64,000 nucleotides of DNA from an uncultured Porphyromonadaceae bacterium (lineage in GTDB: Bacteria > Bacteroidota > Bacteroidia > Bacteroidales > Coprobacteraceae): assembly GCA_900545915.1 (NCBI GenBank), contig URAV01000003.1:8153-72152 (forward strand), read 5' to 3'. Below the pieces are notes generated by a model. It saw only the letters and a list, made by a program, of their open reading frames with translations, did no database searches and was not told where the DNA came from. Below, piece by piece: positions 20,444-30,214 of the stretch. How positions within the stretch are numbered: the stretch's first letter is position 1; each line of letters opens with the position of its first letter. Position numbers and translations under genes: made by a program.

Positions 20444-21014
20444 AATGATTTATTTTTGTTAGTGTGTATTAAAAACTTTATTATTTTGATTTAATGATCA
20501 CAAAATAAAAGGGCAAGTATTAAGTAATCTCCTTTTTCGCGATTAAATTTGAACTAAAAAATTATTTATGCAGTTTTTAATTTATAATCTGCTTTGAGCT
20601 TGTCTAAATTTTCCGATAAGAAGATATTATCGAATTATTTTTGTGTTTTTCTGTTCTGATAAAAATTAAAAAATGTTTGCGAAAACAACTTCTAAAAAAA
20701 GTCTGTGCAAAAAATGATTCAAAAAAAGTTCGAGTATATGATTTTACTCAGAGCTGCTTTAAGAATTTCTTTATCGAAAAATTAAATAAGCTCTTAAATG
20801 TCACTTTTTATTGATTAATTTTTGTCCTAATGTGATATTAAGACCGATTTAAGGCATTATTAATCCAAAATTTAAGATTGAGTATTTTTCTTTGCATTTT
20901 GTAGTAATGCATGGGAAACATCATCTGTTTTTGATCATTTTTCAGATTTGTAGGGTATTCCGGATTATTTAGAAAACACTAAATATAAACATCTTCAAAT
21001 AAATAATAACTAAT

Positions 21015-24000
21015 ATGCAAACACACTTACGAACCCTGGGTTTGGGATTGGCTTTGAGTTTCGGGCTCGGACAGCTAAGTGCCCAAAATGGCGTTTTCAA
21101 AGAAGATTTCGCAACCGATGGGATGGCTCTTAAAACTATCGGTAGAGGAGATTGTCATGTAAAAAATGGCGTTTTTAGCAGTCGGGAATCTTATGCTCTT
21201 TTCGGGAATCCCGAATGGAAAAATTATTCGGTAACCTTTAAAGCTCGAGCTCCTAAAGGCAGTGAGCAGGTTCAGATATGGGCGGGATTTCGTGCCTATA
21301 ATCGTAATGATCGATATATTATCGGATTAAAAGGCGGATTGCAGGATGATATCGTACTTGCTCGTCAGGGGTATATGGGTACAGATGAGTTTTTTGCCGT
21401 AAAACCTCTCGGATTTCATCCGATTCCCGGAGAATGGTATAAATTTAAAATCGATGTAGTAGGAGATCGTATCCGGGTTTATATTAATGATGAGAATATT
21501 CCTCGAATAGATGTAACTGATAAAAACTCAAATTTAGCTCCCAGTGGTCAAGTTGCTCTCGGTGGCGGTTGGTTAACTACTGAATTTGATGATCTTGAAA
21601 TTAAGGAACTTCCTGAAAATTATTTTCAAGGGAAAAAACGTCAGGAGTATAAATATGCTATGACTCCGGCAGAAAAAGAAGCTAAACGTCAGAAAGAAAG
21701 AAGTCGTTATAAAGCGATTGAAGTGGGAACACTGAATCCGGGACGTACAGAAATTAGTCTTGACGGTCAATGGCTTTTTATGCCTGAATATCAGTTGAGC
21801 GATCAAGCAAAAGCTATAAATCCAGCTGTAGAAGATACAGATTGGCATTCGATGAGTGTACCTAATTTCTGGAATCCTATTCGAATTTGGCTTCATGGAG
21901 AAACATTTGGTCCTGAACATTATTCCAAAGGTGTTTCAGATACCTATTTTCAACAGGAAACCGAGCGTTGTGAAAATTATACTTTCGAATATGGGAAAGT
22001 AAAAGCTGCTTGGTATCGTCAATGGATAGAATTACCTGAGTCGATAGAGGGTAAACAGGTTGAATTGCATTTTGATGCTGTGTCTAAAGTTGCAGATGTA
22101 TTTATTAACGGGAAAGAAGCCGGTTCGCATATTGGTATGTTCGGAGATTTTTCGGTCGATGCGACACCATATTTGAAACCGGGTAAAAATCTTATTGTTG
22201 TAAAAGTAGTCCGTGATTTTATAAAAAATATAGCGGATGCTGATAAAATCGTAGATGTTGCTGTAACTGTTCCGGTAACCAATAAAATGTTAAAAGATAT
22301 TGCTCACGGTTTCTATTGCATCGATAATGGAGGAATATGGCAACCTGTGCAAATGGTAATTACAGACCCTGTAAAAATAGAGGATGTATTTATCAAGCCT
22401 TCTCTTACCGGAGCTGATTATGAAATCACTTTGAAGAATTACGGTAAGAAAAAACAGTCATTCGATATTAACGGTAAAATTATCGATAAGTCGAACAATG
22501 TACAGTTGAGCGATGTCCTTTTACAGAAAGGAGTAACATTAAATCCGGGAGAGGAAAAAACTGTTATGGCGAGTGTGAAAGGTTTGCAACCTAAATTGTG
22601 GACACCTCAGCATCCTAATCTGTATAATTTTAAGTTTTCTTTGAGTAATAAAAAAGGAGCGATCGATAGTAAAACTATTACTTCTGGATTCCGTACTTTC
22701 GAAAAACGTGACGATGGTTTCTTATATTTGAATGGCGAACGTTATTGGTTGAGAGGCGGTAATCATACTGTTTTTGCGTTGACACCAAATGATCGTCGTA
22801 TGGCTGATACTTTCTATCAAATAATGAAGAGCGGTAATATAGAGACTACCCGTACTCATACGACTCCCTACAATGAGTTGTGGATTACTGCTGCCGATGA
22901 GAACGGTATCGGTATAAGCCATGAAGGGACTTGGCCTTGGTTGATGATTCAGTCATCTATGCCTGACCAGAATTTGATTGATATGTGGGCGGACGAATAT
23001 GTCGGCATGTTGAAAAAATATCGTAATCATCCGTCTATTTTCTTCTGGACTATCAATAATGAGATGAAATTCTATGATAATGATCCGGATAAGGACCGTG
23101 CGATCAAGAAAATGCAGATTATCGAAAAAGTAGTAAAACGAATGCGAGAAATAGATCCTACTCGTCCTATTTGTTTCGATTCTAATTATAAACGTCCGGA
23201 AAAACGTTTTGGAAAGGATTTCTTCAAAACGTTTGACGATGGAGATATAGATGATGATCATTCATATATCAATTGGTATGATCATACTGTGTTTAAGCAG
23301 TTTAATGGTGAATTTCAGAGAAATAAACGCGAAGGTCGTCCTTTAATCAGTCAGGAGATGTCCACAGGATATCCGAATAATGAGACCGGACATCCGACAA
23401 CTTTCTATACGTATGTACATCAGAATCCTCAGGTATTGGTAGGGGACGATGCTTACCCTTATGGCGATCCGAATGCGTTTCTCGAGGCTCATCGTTTCAT
23501 TACCGCCGAGTTGGCAGAAGCACTTCGCCGCAGCAATCCTGAAGCATCGGGTATTTTGCATTTTGCATTGCTTACATGGTTTAGAAATGTGTATGATGCA
23601 AATACTATCGATCCTTATCCTGCATACTATTCTATGCAGAATTCGTTGAATCCTCTTTTGGTTTCAGCTGAATTATGGGGACGCCATTTATATGCCGGAT
23701 CGACGTTGCCTGTCCGTTTTTGTGTCGTGAATGATTTGGAAGACGGTAGTACCATACCGGCTTCTACAATTACTTGGAGTCTTGTAAGTGCCGGACAAGT
23801 ATTGGCTAAAGGTAATGTAGATGTTCCGGTTGTTAAACATTACGGCCGTCAATGGATGACTGCCAATATCAATGTACCTTCTGATTTGCCTGAATCTCGT
23901 GTGGATGCTAAATTGAAGCTTGAATTGAAAGATAAAGGTGGAGTGTTGTTGAGTCAGAATGATTATAATATTACTTTGGCAACCCAAGAATGGAGTAATA

Positions 24001-24650
24001 ATGAAGAACTGAAAGATAAGAAGATCGTTTTGGTAGATAATAACAATACTGCTAAAGTATTTGACCAATTGCAGATACCTTATACTAAAGTTGCTACTGT
24101 TACGGAAGCTGTGAAAGCAAAAGCCGATCTTTATGTTTATGCCGGATTGGATGATAAGAACTGTTCTGCAGAAGAATTGTCAAATGTGAGAAAATCAGTT
24201 CAAAGTGGTAAGAATGCTCTTTTCTTGAATTGTGAAAAAGCGATGTTGAAAATGTACCCGGAACATTTTACCGGATTCCTTGTTCCGACAGAAGGGGATA
24301 TTGCAACGATGGAAGTTCCTGAATCTCCCGTGTTCGATAATATAGAAAAAATGGATCTTCGCTATTTTAACAATAATAAACGTGAGATTCCGACAGTTTG
24401 CAGTGCTTCGATGCAAACTGTACGTAGTGAGAAGGTTGTTCCTTTAGCAGCTCAAATGAAAATTCATGGTTATATTAACGGTGATATGCATAAACGTTCT
24501 GAATATGTATCGACGATTAAAGGATTCCCCTTGTTGATGATTCAAGATCAAGGTAAAGTTATGGTTTCTACTATGCGTACCGATAAAGCTGCAACAGATC
24601 CTATTGCAGGAAAATTACTTTCAAATATGGTTAGTACCATGCTTAAATAG
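21015..24650 (+). CDS. glycoside hydrolase family 2 protein with N-terminal concanavalin/DUF1080-like domain (1211 aa)
   Basis: Signal peptide; the N-terminal 200 aa are lectin/DUF1080-like; then GH2 core with NHPSIFFWTINNEMKF. Confidence 0.75.
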   Translation: MQTHLRTLGLGLALSFGLGQLSAQNGVFKEDFATDGMALKTIGRGDCHVKNGVFSSRESYALFGNPEWKNYSVTFKARAPKGSEQVQIWAGFRAYNRNDRYIIGLKGGLQDDIVLARQGYMGTDEFFAVKPLGFHPIPGEWYKFKIDVVGDRIRVYINDENIPRIDVTDKNSNLAPSGQVALGGGWLTTEFDDLEIKELPENYFQGKKRQEYKYAMTPAEKEAKRQKERSRYKAIEVGTLNPGRTEISLDGQWLFMPEYQLSDQAKAINPAVEDTDWHSMSVPNFWNPIRIWLHGETFGPEHYSKGVSDTYFQQETERCENYTFEYGKVKAAWYRQWIELPESIEGKQVELHFDAVSKVADVFINGKEAGSHIGMFGDFSVDATPYLKPGKNLIVVKVVRDFIKNIADADKIVDVAVTVPVTNKMLKDIAHGFYCIDNGGIWQPVQMVITDPVKIEDVFIKPSLTGADYEITLKNYGKKKQSFDINGKIIDKSNNVQLSDVLLQKGVTLNPGEEKTVMASVKGLQPKLWTPQHPNLYNFKFSLSNKKGAIDSKTITSGFRTFEKRDDGFLYLNGERYWLRGGNHTVFALTPNDRRMADTFYQIMKSGNIETTRTHTTPYNELWITAADENGIGISHEGTWPWLMIQSSMPDQNLIDMWADEYVGMLKKYRNHPSIFFWTINNEMKFYDNDPDKDRAIKKMQIIEKVVKRMREIDPTRPICFDSNYKRPEKRFGKDFFKTFDDGDIDDDHSYINWYDHTVFKQFNGEFQRNKREGRPLISQEMSTGYPNNETGHPTTFYTYVHQNPQVLVGDDAYPYGDPNAFLEAHRFITAELAEALRRSNPEASGILHFALLTWFRNVYDANTIDPYPAYYSMQNSLNPLLVSAELWGRHLYAGSTLPVRFCVVNDLEDGSTIPASTITWSLVSAGQVLAKGNVDVPVVKHYGRQWMTANINVPSDLPESRVDAKLKLELKDKGGVLLSQNDYNITLATQEWSNNEELKDKKIVLVDNNNTAKVFDQLQIPYTKVATVTEAVKAKADLYVYAGLDDKNCSAEELSNVRKSVQSGKNALFLNCEKAMLKMYPEHFTGFLVPTEGDIATMEVPESPVFDNIEKMDLRYFNNNKREIPTVCSASMQTVRSEKVVPLAAQMKIHGYINGDMHKRSEYVSTIKGFPLLMIQDQGKVMVSTMRTDKAATDPIAGKLLSNMVSTMLK

Positions 24651-24776
24651 GACATGATAACATATAGTTAGTTGAAACTGTGTCACGATAATTTTTAAGA
24701 AAGAATCGTGACATAGTTTTTAGACAGGCTTTTAAAATAGTATATACACATACTTTATATTTAATTTTATTGATAG

Positions 24777-26003
24777 ATGAAGAAAACTTTTTGCATCCTG
24801 TTGGGGATACTTGTTTTTTGTTCTGTCGGGGTTGAGGCCAAAAAGAGGTATTCTTCTTATAAGGGATTGGTAATGGCCGGGTATCAAGGTTGGTTTAATA
24901 CTCCAGATGACGGTGCTGACCGAAAGTGGAGACACTATCCCGGAAGGCAGGGATTTAAACCCGGTTCTTGCAGTATAGATATGTGGCCTGATGTCAGCGA
25001 ATATGAGAAAGTGTATCCTACTTCATTTAGTTTTGCTGACGGGAGTGTTGCTAAAGTATTCAGTTCTCACGATGAATCAACGGTAGATACCCATTTTCGT
25101 TGGATGAAGGAGTACGGTTTAGATGGGGTTTTTATGCAACGATTTGTAGGAGAAGTGAAAAATCCTTCGGGGAAAAATCATTTTAATAAGGTTTTGGCTT
25201 CGGCTACAAAAGCTGCCGATAAATATGATCGTGCAATTTGTGTCATGTATGATCTTAGCGGGATGAAAGGAACGGACGCATCGTTTGTTCTGGATGATAT
25301 AGATGAACTCACCCGTTTGTTTAATATCGGAAATCGGAAAAAGAATCCTTCTTATTTGTTCCATAACGGTAAGCCTCTTGTCGTGATTTGGGGAGTGGGA
25401 TTTAATGATCGCCGCAGATATACTACTGAAGATGTCGAGCTGATTGTTGATGGACTCAAAAAACGAGGTTTTAGTGTAATGTTGGGAGTTCCTACTTATT
25501 GGAGAGAATTGAGGTCTGATACGGAGAATAATCCGAAACTTCATGAATTGATTCGTAAAAGCGATATTATAATGCCTTGGTTCGTTGGACGCTATAATGA
25601 CCGGAGTTTTGAGAAGTTCAAGCATTTAGTTTCTGAAGATATTGCTTGGTGTAAAAGCAATAAGATAGATTATGCACCTTTGGTTTTTCCCGGATTTTCA
25701 TGGAAGAATATGAAAGGCATGAACAGCCATTCTACACCGAGAAACAGAGGCCAGTTTTTATGGGATCAAATGTATAATGCCGTAAGTTCCGGAGCTGAAA
25801 TGATTTATGTAGCTATGTTTGATGAAATGGATGAGGGCACGGCCATATTTAAATGTGCGACAAAAGTACCGATTGGAGAATCTGTTTTTGTCCCGATTGA
25901 GGAGGGCTTGTCGAGTGACCATTATTTATGGTTGGTGGGACAGGGAAAAAAGATGTTGAAAAATCCGAAAGGCTTTTCTTCTGATCTTCCGGCCAGAAAA
26001 TGA
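24777..26003 (+). CDS. GH99-like glycoside hydrolase, paralog 2
   Basis: YKGLVMAGYQGWF...YVAMFDEMDEGTAIFKC; paralogous to 15590-16888. Confidence 0.5.
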   Translation: MKKTFCILLGILVFCSVGVEAKKRYSSYKGLVMAGYQGWFNTPDDGADRKWRHYPGRQGFKPGSCSIDMWPDVSEYEKVYPTSFSFADGSVAKVFSSHDESTVDTHFRWMKEYGLDGVFMQRFVGEVKNPSGKNHFNKVLASATKAADKYDRAICVMYDLSGMKGTDASFVLDDIDELTRLFNIGNRKKNPSYLFHNGKPLVVIWGVGFNDRRRYTTEDVELIVDGLKKRGFSVMLGVPTYWRELRSDTENNPKLHELIRKSDIIMPWFVGRYNDRSFEKFKHLVSEDIAWCKSNKIDYAPLVFPGFSWKNMKGMNSHSTPRNRGQFLWDQMYNAVSSGAEMIYVAMFDEMDEGTAIFKCATKVPIGESVFVPIEEGLSSDHYLWLVGQGKKMLKNPKGFSSDLPARK

Positions 26004-26032
26004 TAATTATTGCTTGAATATATAGTTTAATA

Positions 26033-26075
26033 AAAAGAGTTGATTCAAAAATTTTGAATCAACTCTTTTTACTTT
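26033..26075 (+). terminator. rho-independent terminator (AAAAGAGTTGATTCAAAA/TTTTGAATCAACTCTTTT)
   Basis: 18-bp near-perfect inverted repeat 30 bp after the GH99-like stop. Confidence 0.65.
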
Positions 26076-26809
26076 TGTTTACGGGAGTAAGTTGGCTATT
26101 CGGCGAAAGAAAACTCAGAGAATACCAACATGGAAAATGTTATTCTATGCAGAATTAATATGTTGCATATCAGTATAATAATAACAATTCTTACTTATTA
26201 AAGAAACAGTATAGAAACAAAACTAGTATTTTGAGAGATTCTTCGGTTTTTGTTTTTCACTTGATTTCATTCCTTGTACTTGGTTACACACAAAGTGTTT
26301 TCCGAAACAATTTTTCCGACTACTTACCTCTCACCTGAAAAATATCGTTTGGTTGCCCATAGAAAATGTTGCAGCTAAAAGAGAAACGGGCAAACGTACA
26401 TCTTCAGGCCACACGTTCACCGGAACTTTTGCATTCCGTAAAGGTAAGTATTTCTATCAAGTCATAGGCATATGTAAAGGCAGATATGCCTACCTAAATG
26501 TAGTTTACTTTGGTTTAGCTTATATATAGAGCTAACAAACCAAACTAAACTGAATTTTCAATGTATTTCCACCATCTAATAAACATATACAGTCAAAAGA
26601 AAAGGTAACTCTACTATGTATTTTCTCTTTTCGATGCAATACAACTTTGGGGCTACTTCATTCTTATGAACCCAATACGAATGGCCGGAAAATTCATGGA
26701 CAACCAAGTTTTGCATCAAACAGATAAGAACGATTGGAATATCATCCTGTTTTTATCTTTTTATCGCATTGTATTTTATATCTTTGTAGTCGAATATAAA
26801 CGGATTAAC

Positions 26810-27016
26810 ATGAATAAGCCAAGGAATCGCATAAAAGAGGTACTTGAAGAAAAGGGTATCAAACAGATATGGTTGGCGGAAAAACTCGGAAAGAGTTTTT
26901 GTATCGTCAATTCCTATGCCTGCAACAGACGTCAGCCAAGTTTGGATGTGCTGTTCGAGATTGCAAATATCCTACAAGTTGATCCGAAAGATTTGATTAA
27001 TAGTAAAGAGAAATAA
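26810..27016 (+). CDS. XRE-family helix-turn-helix protein (putative controller/C-protein of the R-M system); ORF-track start at 26666 is probably too far upstream
   Basis: MNKPRNRIKEVLEEKGIKQIWLAEKLGKSFCIVNSYACNRRQPSLDVLFEIANILQVDPKDLI is a classic HTH_3 layout. The stop lies 3 bp before the methyltransferase start. Confidence 0.65.
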   Translation: MNKPRNRIKEVLEEKGIKQIWLAEKLGKSFCIVNSYACNRRQPSLDVLFEIANILQVDPKDLINSKEK

Positions 27017-27019
27017 GAT

Positions 27020-29068
27020 ATGGCAAAAAAGAATATACAATCCGTAGAACCCAATATTGCGGATTTGGCTAATGATTGGCTCAAATCTTATAAATTGGAT
27101 TATAAACTTGAACAAGAATCTTTGAATGAAGAGATTGACAAAGCTCTTGAAGATTATTTCTCTAAAAACGGCGGTGTAGGTGGCAACCGCCCCGATGCCA
27201 AATTGCTTTTGCAGGATAAACGGTTGAACTGGTATCCGGTACTTATCGAATATAAAGGATATAAAGACAAATTGGAAAAACTTGATGCTCAGGGTCAAGT
27301 GGAAAACAAGACGGCTAAAAACGAACCGAACTTCAAACATATCAATTCGTATGCCGTAAATGGCGCTGTTCATTATGCGAATGCCATACTTCATCATACC
27401 AGCTATACCGATATTATCGCTATCGGCATGACGGGATATAGAGATGAATATGGAGAGTTGCAGCATCAAATAGGAGTATACTATGTTTCCAAAAGCAACT
27501 TCGGTATTGGCCAAAAGGTCGGTGAATATTCGGATTTCTCATTTTTAGCGCCCGCTAATTTTGAAAAATTCATTGAAAAAGTCAATGCCCTTAGCCTGAC
27601 CCAAGAGGAAATAGACAGAATCAAGGAACAACGAGAGAAAGAAATCACCACGAGTTTAACCAAACTCAATAATGAGATTTACCAACACGAGAAAGGACTT
27701 GGCGAGAATGACAGGGTCTATTTGGTTGCAGCTTCGATTATTGCAACACTCGGTATTCCCAACAAGGTATCTCCGCTTGAAAAGTCGGATTTGAAATCTT
27801 CGTCAGAGCAAGGTAATACGGATGGCGATATAATCGTAAGAAAGATTCGTGCCTTTCTGAATGAAAAGCACTTGCCTGATGAGAAAAAGCAACTCATCAT
27901 CCGAACTTTAGAAAACACTTTGACAACAGATAATATCAACCGGCCGGAGAAAGGGGAAAGCCAACTGAAAAGGGTATTTGTCAAGATTGTAGACACTTTG
28001 GGGATTTACTATAAAATCGGCTTGACCACCGATTTTACCGGCAAACTCTTCAACGAGATGTACAGTTGGCTCGGTTTCACACAGGATAAGTTAAACGATG
28101 TTGTGTTAACGCCGTCATACGTAGCTACATTGTTGGTAAAGTTGGCTCGCGTTACTAAAGATTCCTACGTCTGGGATTTCGCTACGGGTTCAGCTGGATT
28201 ATTGGTTGCCGCGATGAACGAAATGTTAGTTGACGCAAAAAATAGCATACATTCTCCAGAAGAACTTGCTGCGAAAGAAGCAGCAATCAAGGCGAATCAG
28301 TTATTGGGTTTAGAATTGCTGCCGAGTATTTATATGCTGGCTGTTCTCAACATGATTCTGATGGGAGACGGCAGTTCGAATATTCTAAATAAAGACTCGT
28401 TAAAAGACTTCGATGGCCATTATGGTTTTGGTGAGGTCAATGCAAAATTCCCCGCCGATGCTTTTGTCCTGAACCCTCCGTATTCTGCCAATGGCAACGG
28501 AATGAACTTTGTCGAAAAGGCACTTGGAATGATGAGTAAAGGCTATGCAGCTATCATTATTCAGAATTCCGCAGGCTCGGGAAAAGCCAAAGAATATAAC
28601 AAAAGAATATTACAGAAGAATACGCTTTTAGCAAGTATCAAGATGCCTATTGATTTGTTTATCGGCAAATCAAGCGTACAGACAAACATCTATGTGTTTC
28701 GGGTTGGAGAAGCGCATAAGAAAGACGATATTGTAAAGTTTATCGACTTCTCGAACGATGGGTATACCCGTACCAATCGTAAAAAGGCTAGTTGTAATCT
28801 GCGGGATACCAACCATGCCAAAGAACGTTACGAGGAGGTTGTGAACTTGGTGCGTTTCGGCAAAAAGAAGTTAAAGTATCTCGCAGAAACAGATTATTAC
28901 GAAGGAACTATTGACCCCAACAATGGATCAGACTGGAATCAATCCGCTCCGATTGACACCAAGCCCACCTTGCAGGATTTTAAAAAGACGGTTGCTGATT
29001 ATCTTGCATGGGAAGTGTCCAATCTTTTGAAACGCCAAAAAGCTGGGGAGGACGGCCTGGGAAAATAG
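27020..29068 (+). CDS. restriction-modification A subunit: N-terminal PD-(D/E)xK nuclease motif fused to gamma-class N6-adenine DNA methyltransferase (Type IIB BcgI-like; alternatively an HsdM-like MTase)
   Basis: P58-D59 ...17 aa... E77-Y78-K79 (RPDAKLLLQDKRLNWYPVLIEYKGY). MTase motif I DFATGSAGLL and motif IV FVLNPPYS. 682 aa, about 150-200 aa longer than a typical HsdM. No HsdR in the locus. Confidence 0.6.
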   Translation: MAKKNIQSVEPNIADLANDWLKSYKLDYKLEQESLNEEIDKALEDYFSKNGGVGGNRPDAKLLLQDKRLNWYPVLIEYKGYKDKLEKLDAQGQVENKTAKNEPNFKHINSYAVNGAVHYANAILHHTSYTDIIAIGMTGYRDEYGELQHQIGVYYVSKSNFGIGQKVGEYSDFSFLAPANFEKFIEKVNALSLTQEEIDRIKEQREKEITTSLTKLNNEIYQHEKGLGENDRVYLVAASIIATLGIPNKVSPLEKSDLKSSSEQGNTDGDIIVRKIRAFLNEKHLPDEKKQLIIRTLENTLTTDNINRPEKGESQLKRVFVKIVDTLGIYYKIGLTTDFTGKLFNEMYSWLGFTQDKLNDVVLTPSYVATLLVKLARVTKDSYVWDFATGSAGLLVAAMNEMLVDAKNSIHSPEELAAKEAAIKANQLLGLELLPSIYMLAVLNMILMGDGSSNILNKDSLKDFDGHYGFGEVNAKFPADAFVLNPPYSANGNGMNFVEKALGMMSKGYAAIIIQNSAGSGKAKEYNKRILQKNTLLASIKMPIDLFIGKSSVQTNIYVFRVGEAHKKDDIVKFIDFSNDGYTRTNRKKASCNLRDTNHAKERYEEVVNLVRFGKKKLKYLAETDYYEGTIDPNNGSDWNQSAPIDTKPTLQDFKKTVADYLAWEVSNLLKRQKAGEDGLGK

Positions 29069-30213
29069 ATGCCCCACTTAACAAAAAACTGTCCGAGGTT
29101 AAGTGGGGCGAATTTGCTATTTGTGATTTATTTAATAAGATTAATGTTAAATCCTTAAAGTATAAAGCTTCAGATTTACCTAATGAAGCAACGGCTGAGT
29201 TTAATCTTCCAGCATTGACTGCAGGAATTCAAAATCAAGGTTTAAATAATTATGTACCTAAGGCAGATGCTACAGTTTTAAAAAATGTTATTTCAATCTC
29301 TGCTAATGGAGCGAACACTGGAGCAACTTTTTATCAAAGTAATGAATTTACGGTGCTCCAAGATGCTTATGCTATTAACTGGAGTAAGGAGATGGTATTA
29401 ACAGATAACTCATATTTATTTCTAACAGCTGCCGTATCTAAGGCTATTTATGGAAATTATGAATGGACCAATAAGGCTGGCTGGGAAAGAATTAAATTTG
29501 AGAAGATATACCTGCCAATTACGAAGGATGATGAAATTGACTTTGCTTTTATGGAGAATTTTATAGCGGAGCTGGAAGCGGAGCGTATAAAGGAGCTGGA
29601 AGCTTACTTAACAATAGCAGGATTGAAAAACTATGAGCTTACCGATGAAGAACATAAAGCATTGGAGGATTATAATAGTTTATCATTCAAAAATTGTTCT
29701 GTTCCAAAATTGTTTGAAATAAAAAATACAAGAAATATCCTTTCAAAAGACATTGTAAAAAATAGTGGAGAATATCCATATTTGTGCGCAAGTGCTGATA
29801 ATAATGCTGTAAGTACTTACATTTCTTACGACAAGAAATATATGGATAAAGGCAACTGTATTTTTATTGGGGGCAAAACATTTGTTGTAACTTATCAGGA
29901 AAAAGATTTCTTCTCTAACGATAGCCATAATTTGACTTTGAGATTAAAAGATGAATTAAAAAGATGTAAAGATATTCAACTATATATGGCAACCTGCATA
30001 AACAAAAGTTTAGGTCATAGATATTCTTGGGGAGATAGTATAAGTAACAAAAAAATTAAAAATGATGTTATTTCATTGCCGTCTTTAGGAGAATTCATTG
30101 ATTATGATTCAATGCCAATTTTAATTTCCGCTATCAAAAAGTTGGTTATAAGAGATGTGGTTCTCTTTGCTGATCGAAAAATCGGAATGGCTGAAAAAAT
30201 TGTGAATAAATAA
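29008..30213 (+). CDS. restriction-modification specificity (S/B) subunit with two target-recognition domains; overlaps the upstream gene by 61 bp in another frame
   Basis: N-terminal WGEFAICDLF TRD start, central coiled-coil spacer (FIAELEAERIKELEAYL), second TRD; HsdS/BcgIB-like; 401 aa. Confidence 0.8.
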   Translation: MGSVQSFETPKSWGGRPGKIDAPLNKKLSEVKWGEFAICDLFNKINVKSLKYKASDLPNEATAEFNLPALTAGIQNQGLNNYVPKADATVLKNVISISANGANTGATFYQSNEFTVLQDAYAINWSKEMVLTDNSYLFLTAAVSKAIYGNYEWTNKAGWERIKFEKIYLPITKDDEIDFAFMENFIAELEAERIKELEAYLTIAGLKNYELTDEEHKALEDYNSLSFKNCSVPKLFEIKNTRNILSKDIVKNSGEYPYLCASADNNAVSTYISYDKKYMDKGNCIFIGGKTFVVTYQEKDFFSNDSHNLTLRLKDELKRCKDIQLYMATCINKSLGHRYSWGDSISNKKIKNDVISLPSLGEFIDYDSMPILISAIKKLVIRDVVLFADRKIGMAEKIVNK

Positions 30214-30214
30214 T

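Noticed and set aside
26100-26660. 560-bp non-coding stretch left of the R-M island, examined for a tRNA or integrase attachment site
   Set aside because: No tRNA-like cloverleaf, no direct repeat matching the right boundary, and no integrase gene in the island. Kept only as a possible insertion scar.
26972-27996. Minus-strand ORFs of 62-180 aa overlapping the methyltransferase gene
   Set aside because: Antisense shadows with hydrophobic low-complexity translations inside a strongly supported CDS.
27020-30213. Interpretation as a complete type I R-M system (hsdM-hsdS)
   Set aside because: No hsdR anywhere in 64 kb, and the M-like protein is oversized with an N-terminal PD-x17-ExK motif. The Type IIB (BcgI-like) architecture explains the locus better. 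Orphan M+S cannot be fully excluded.
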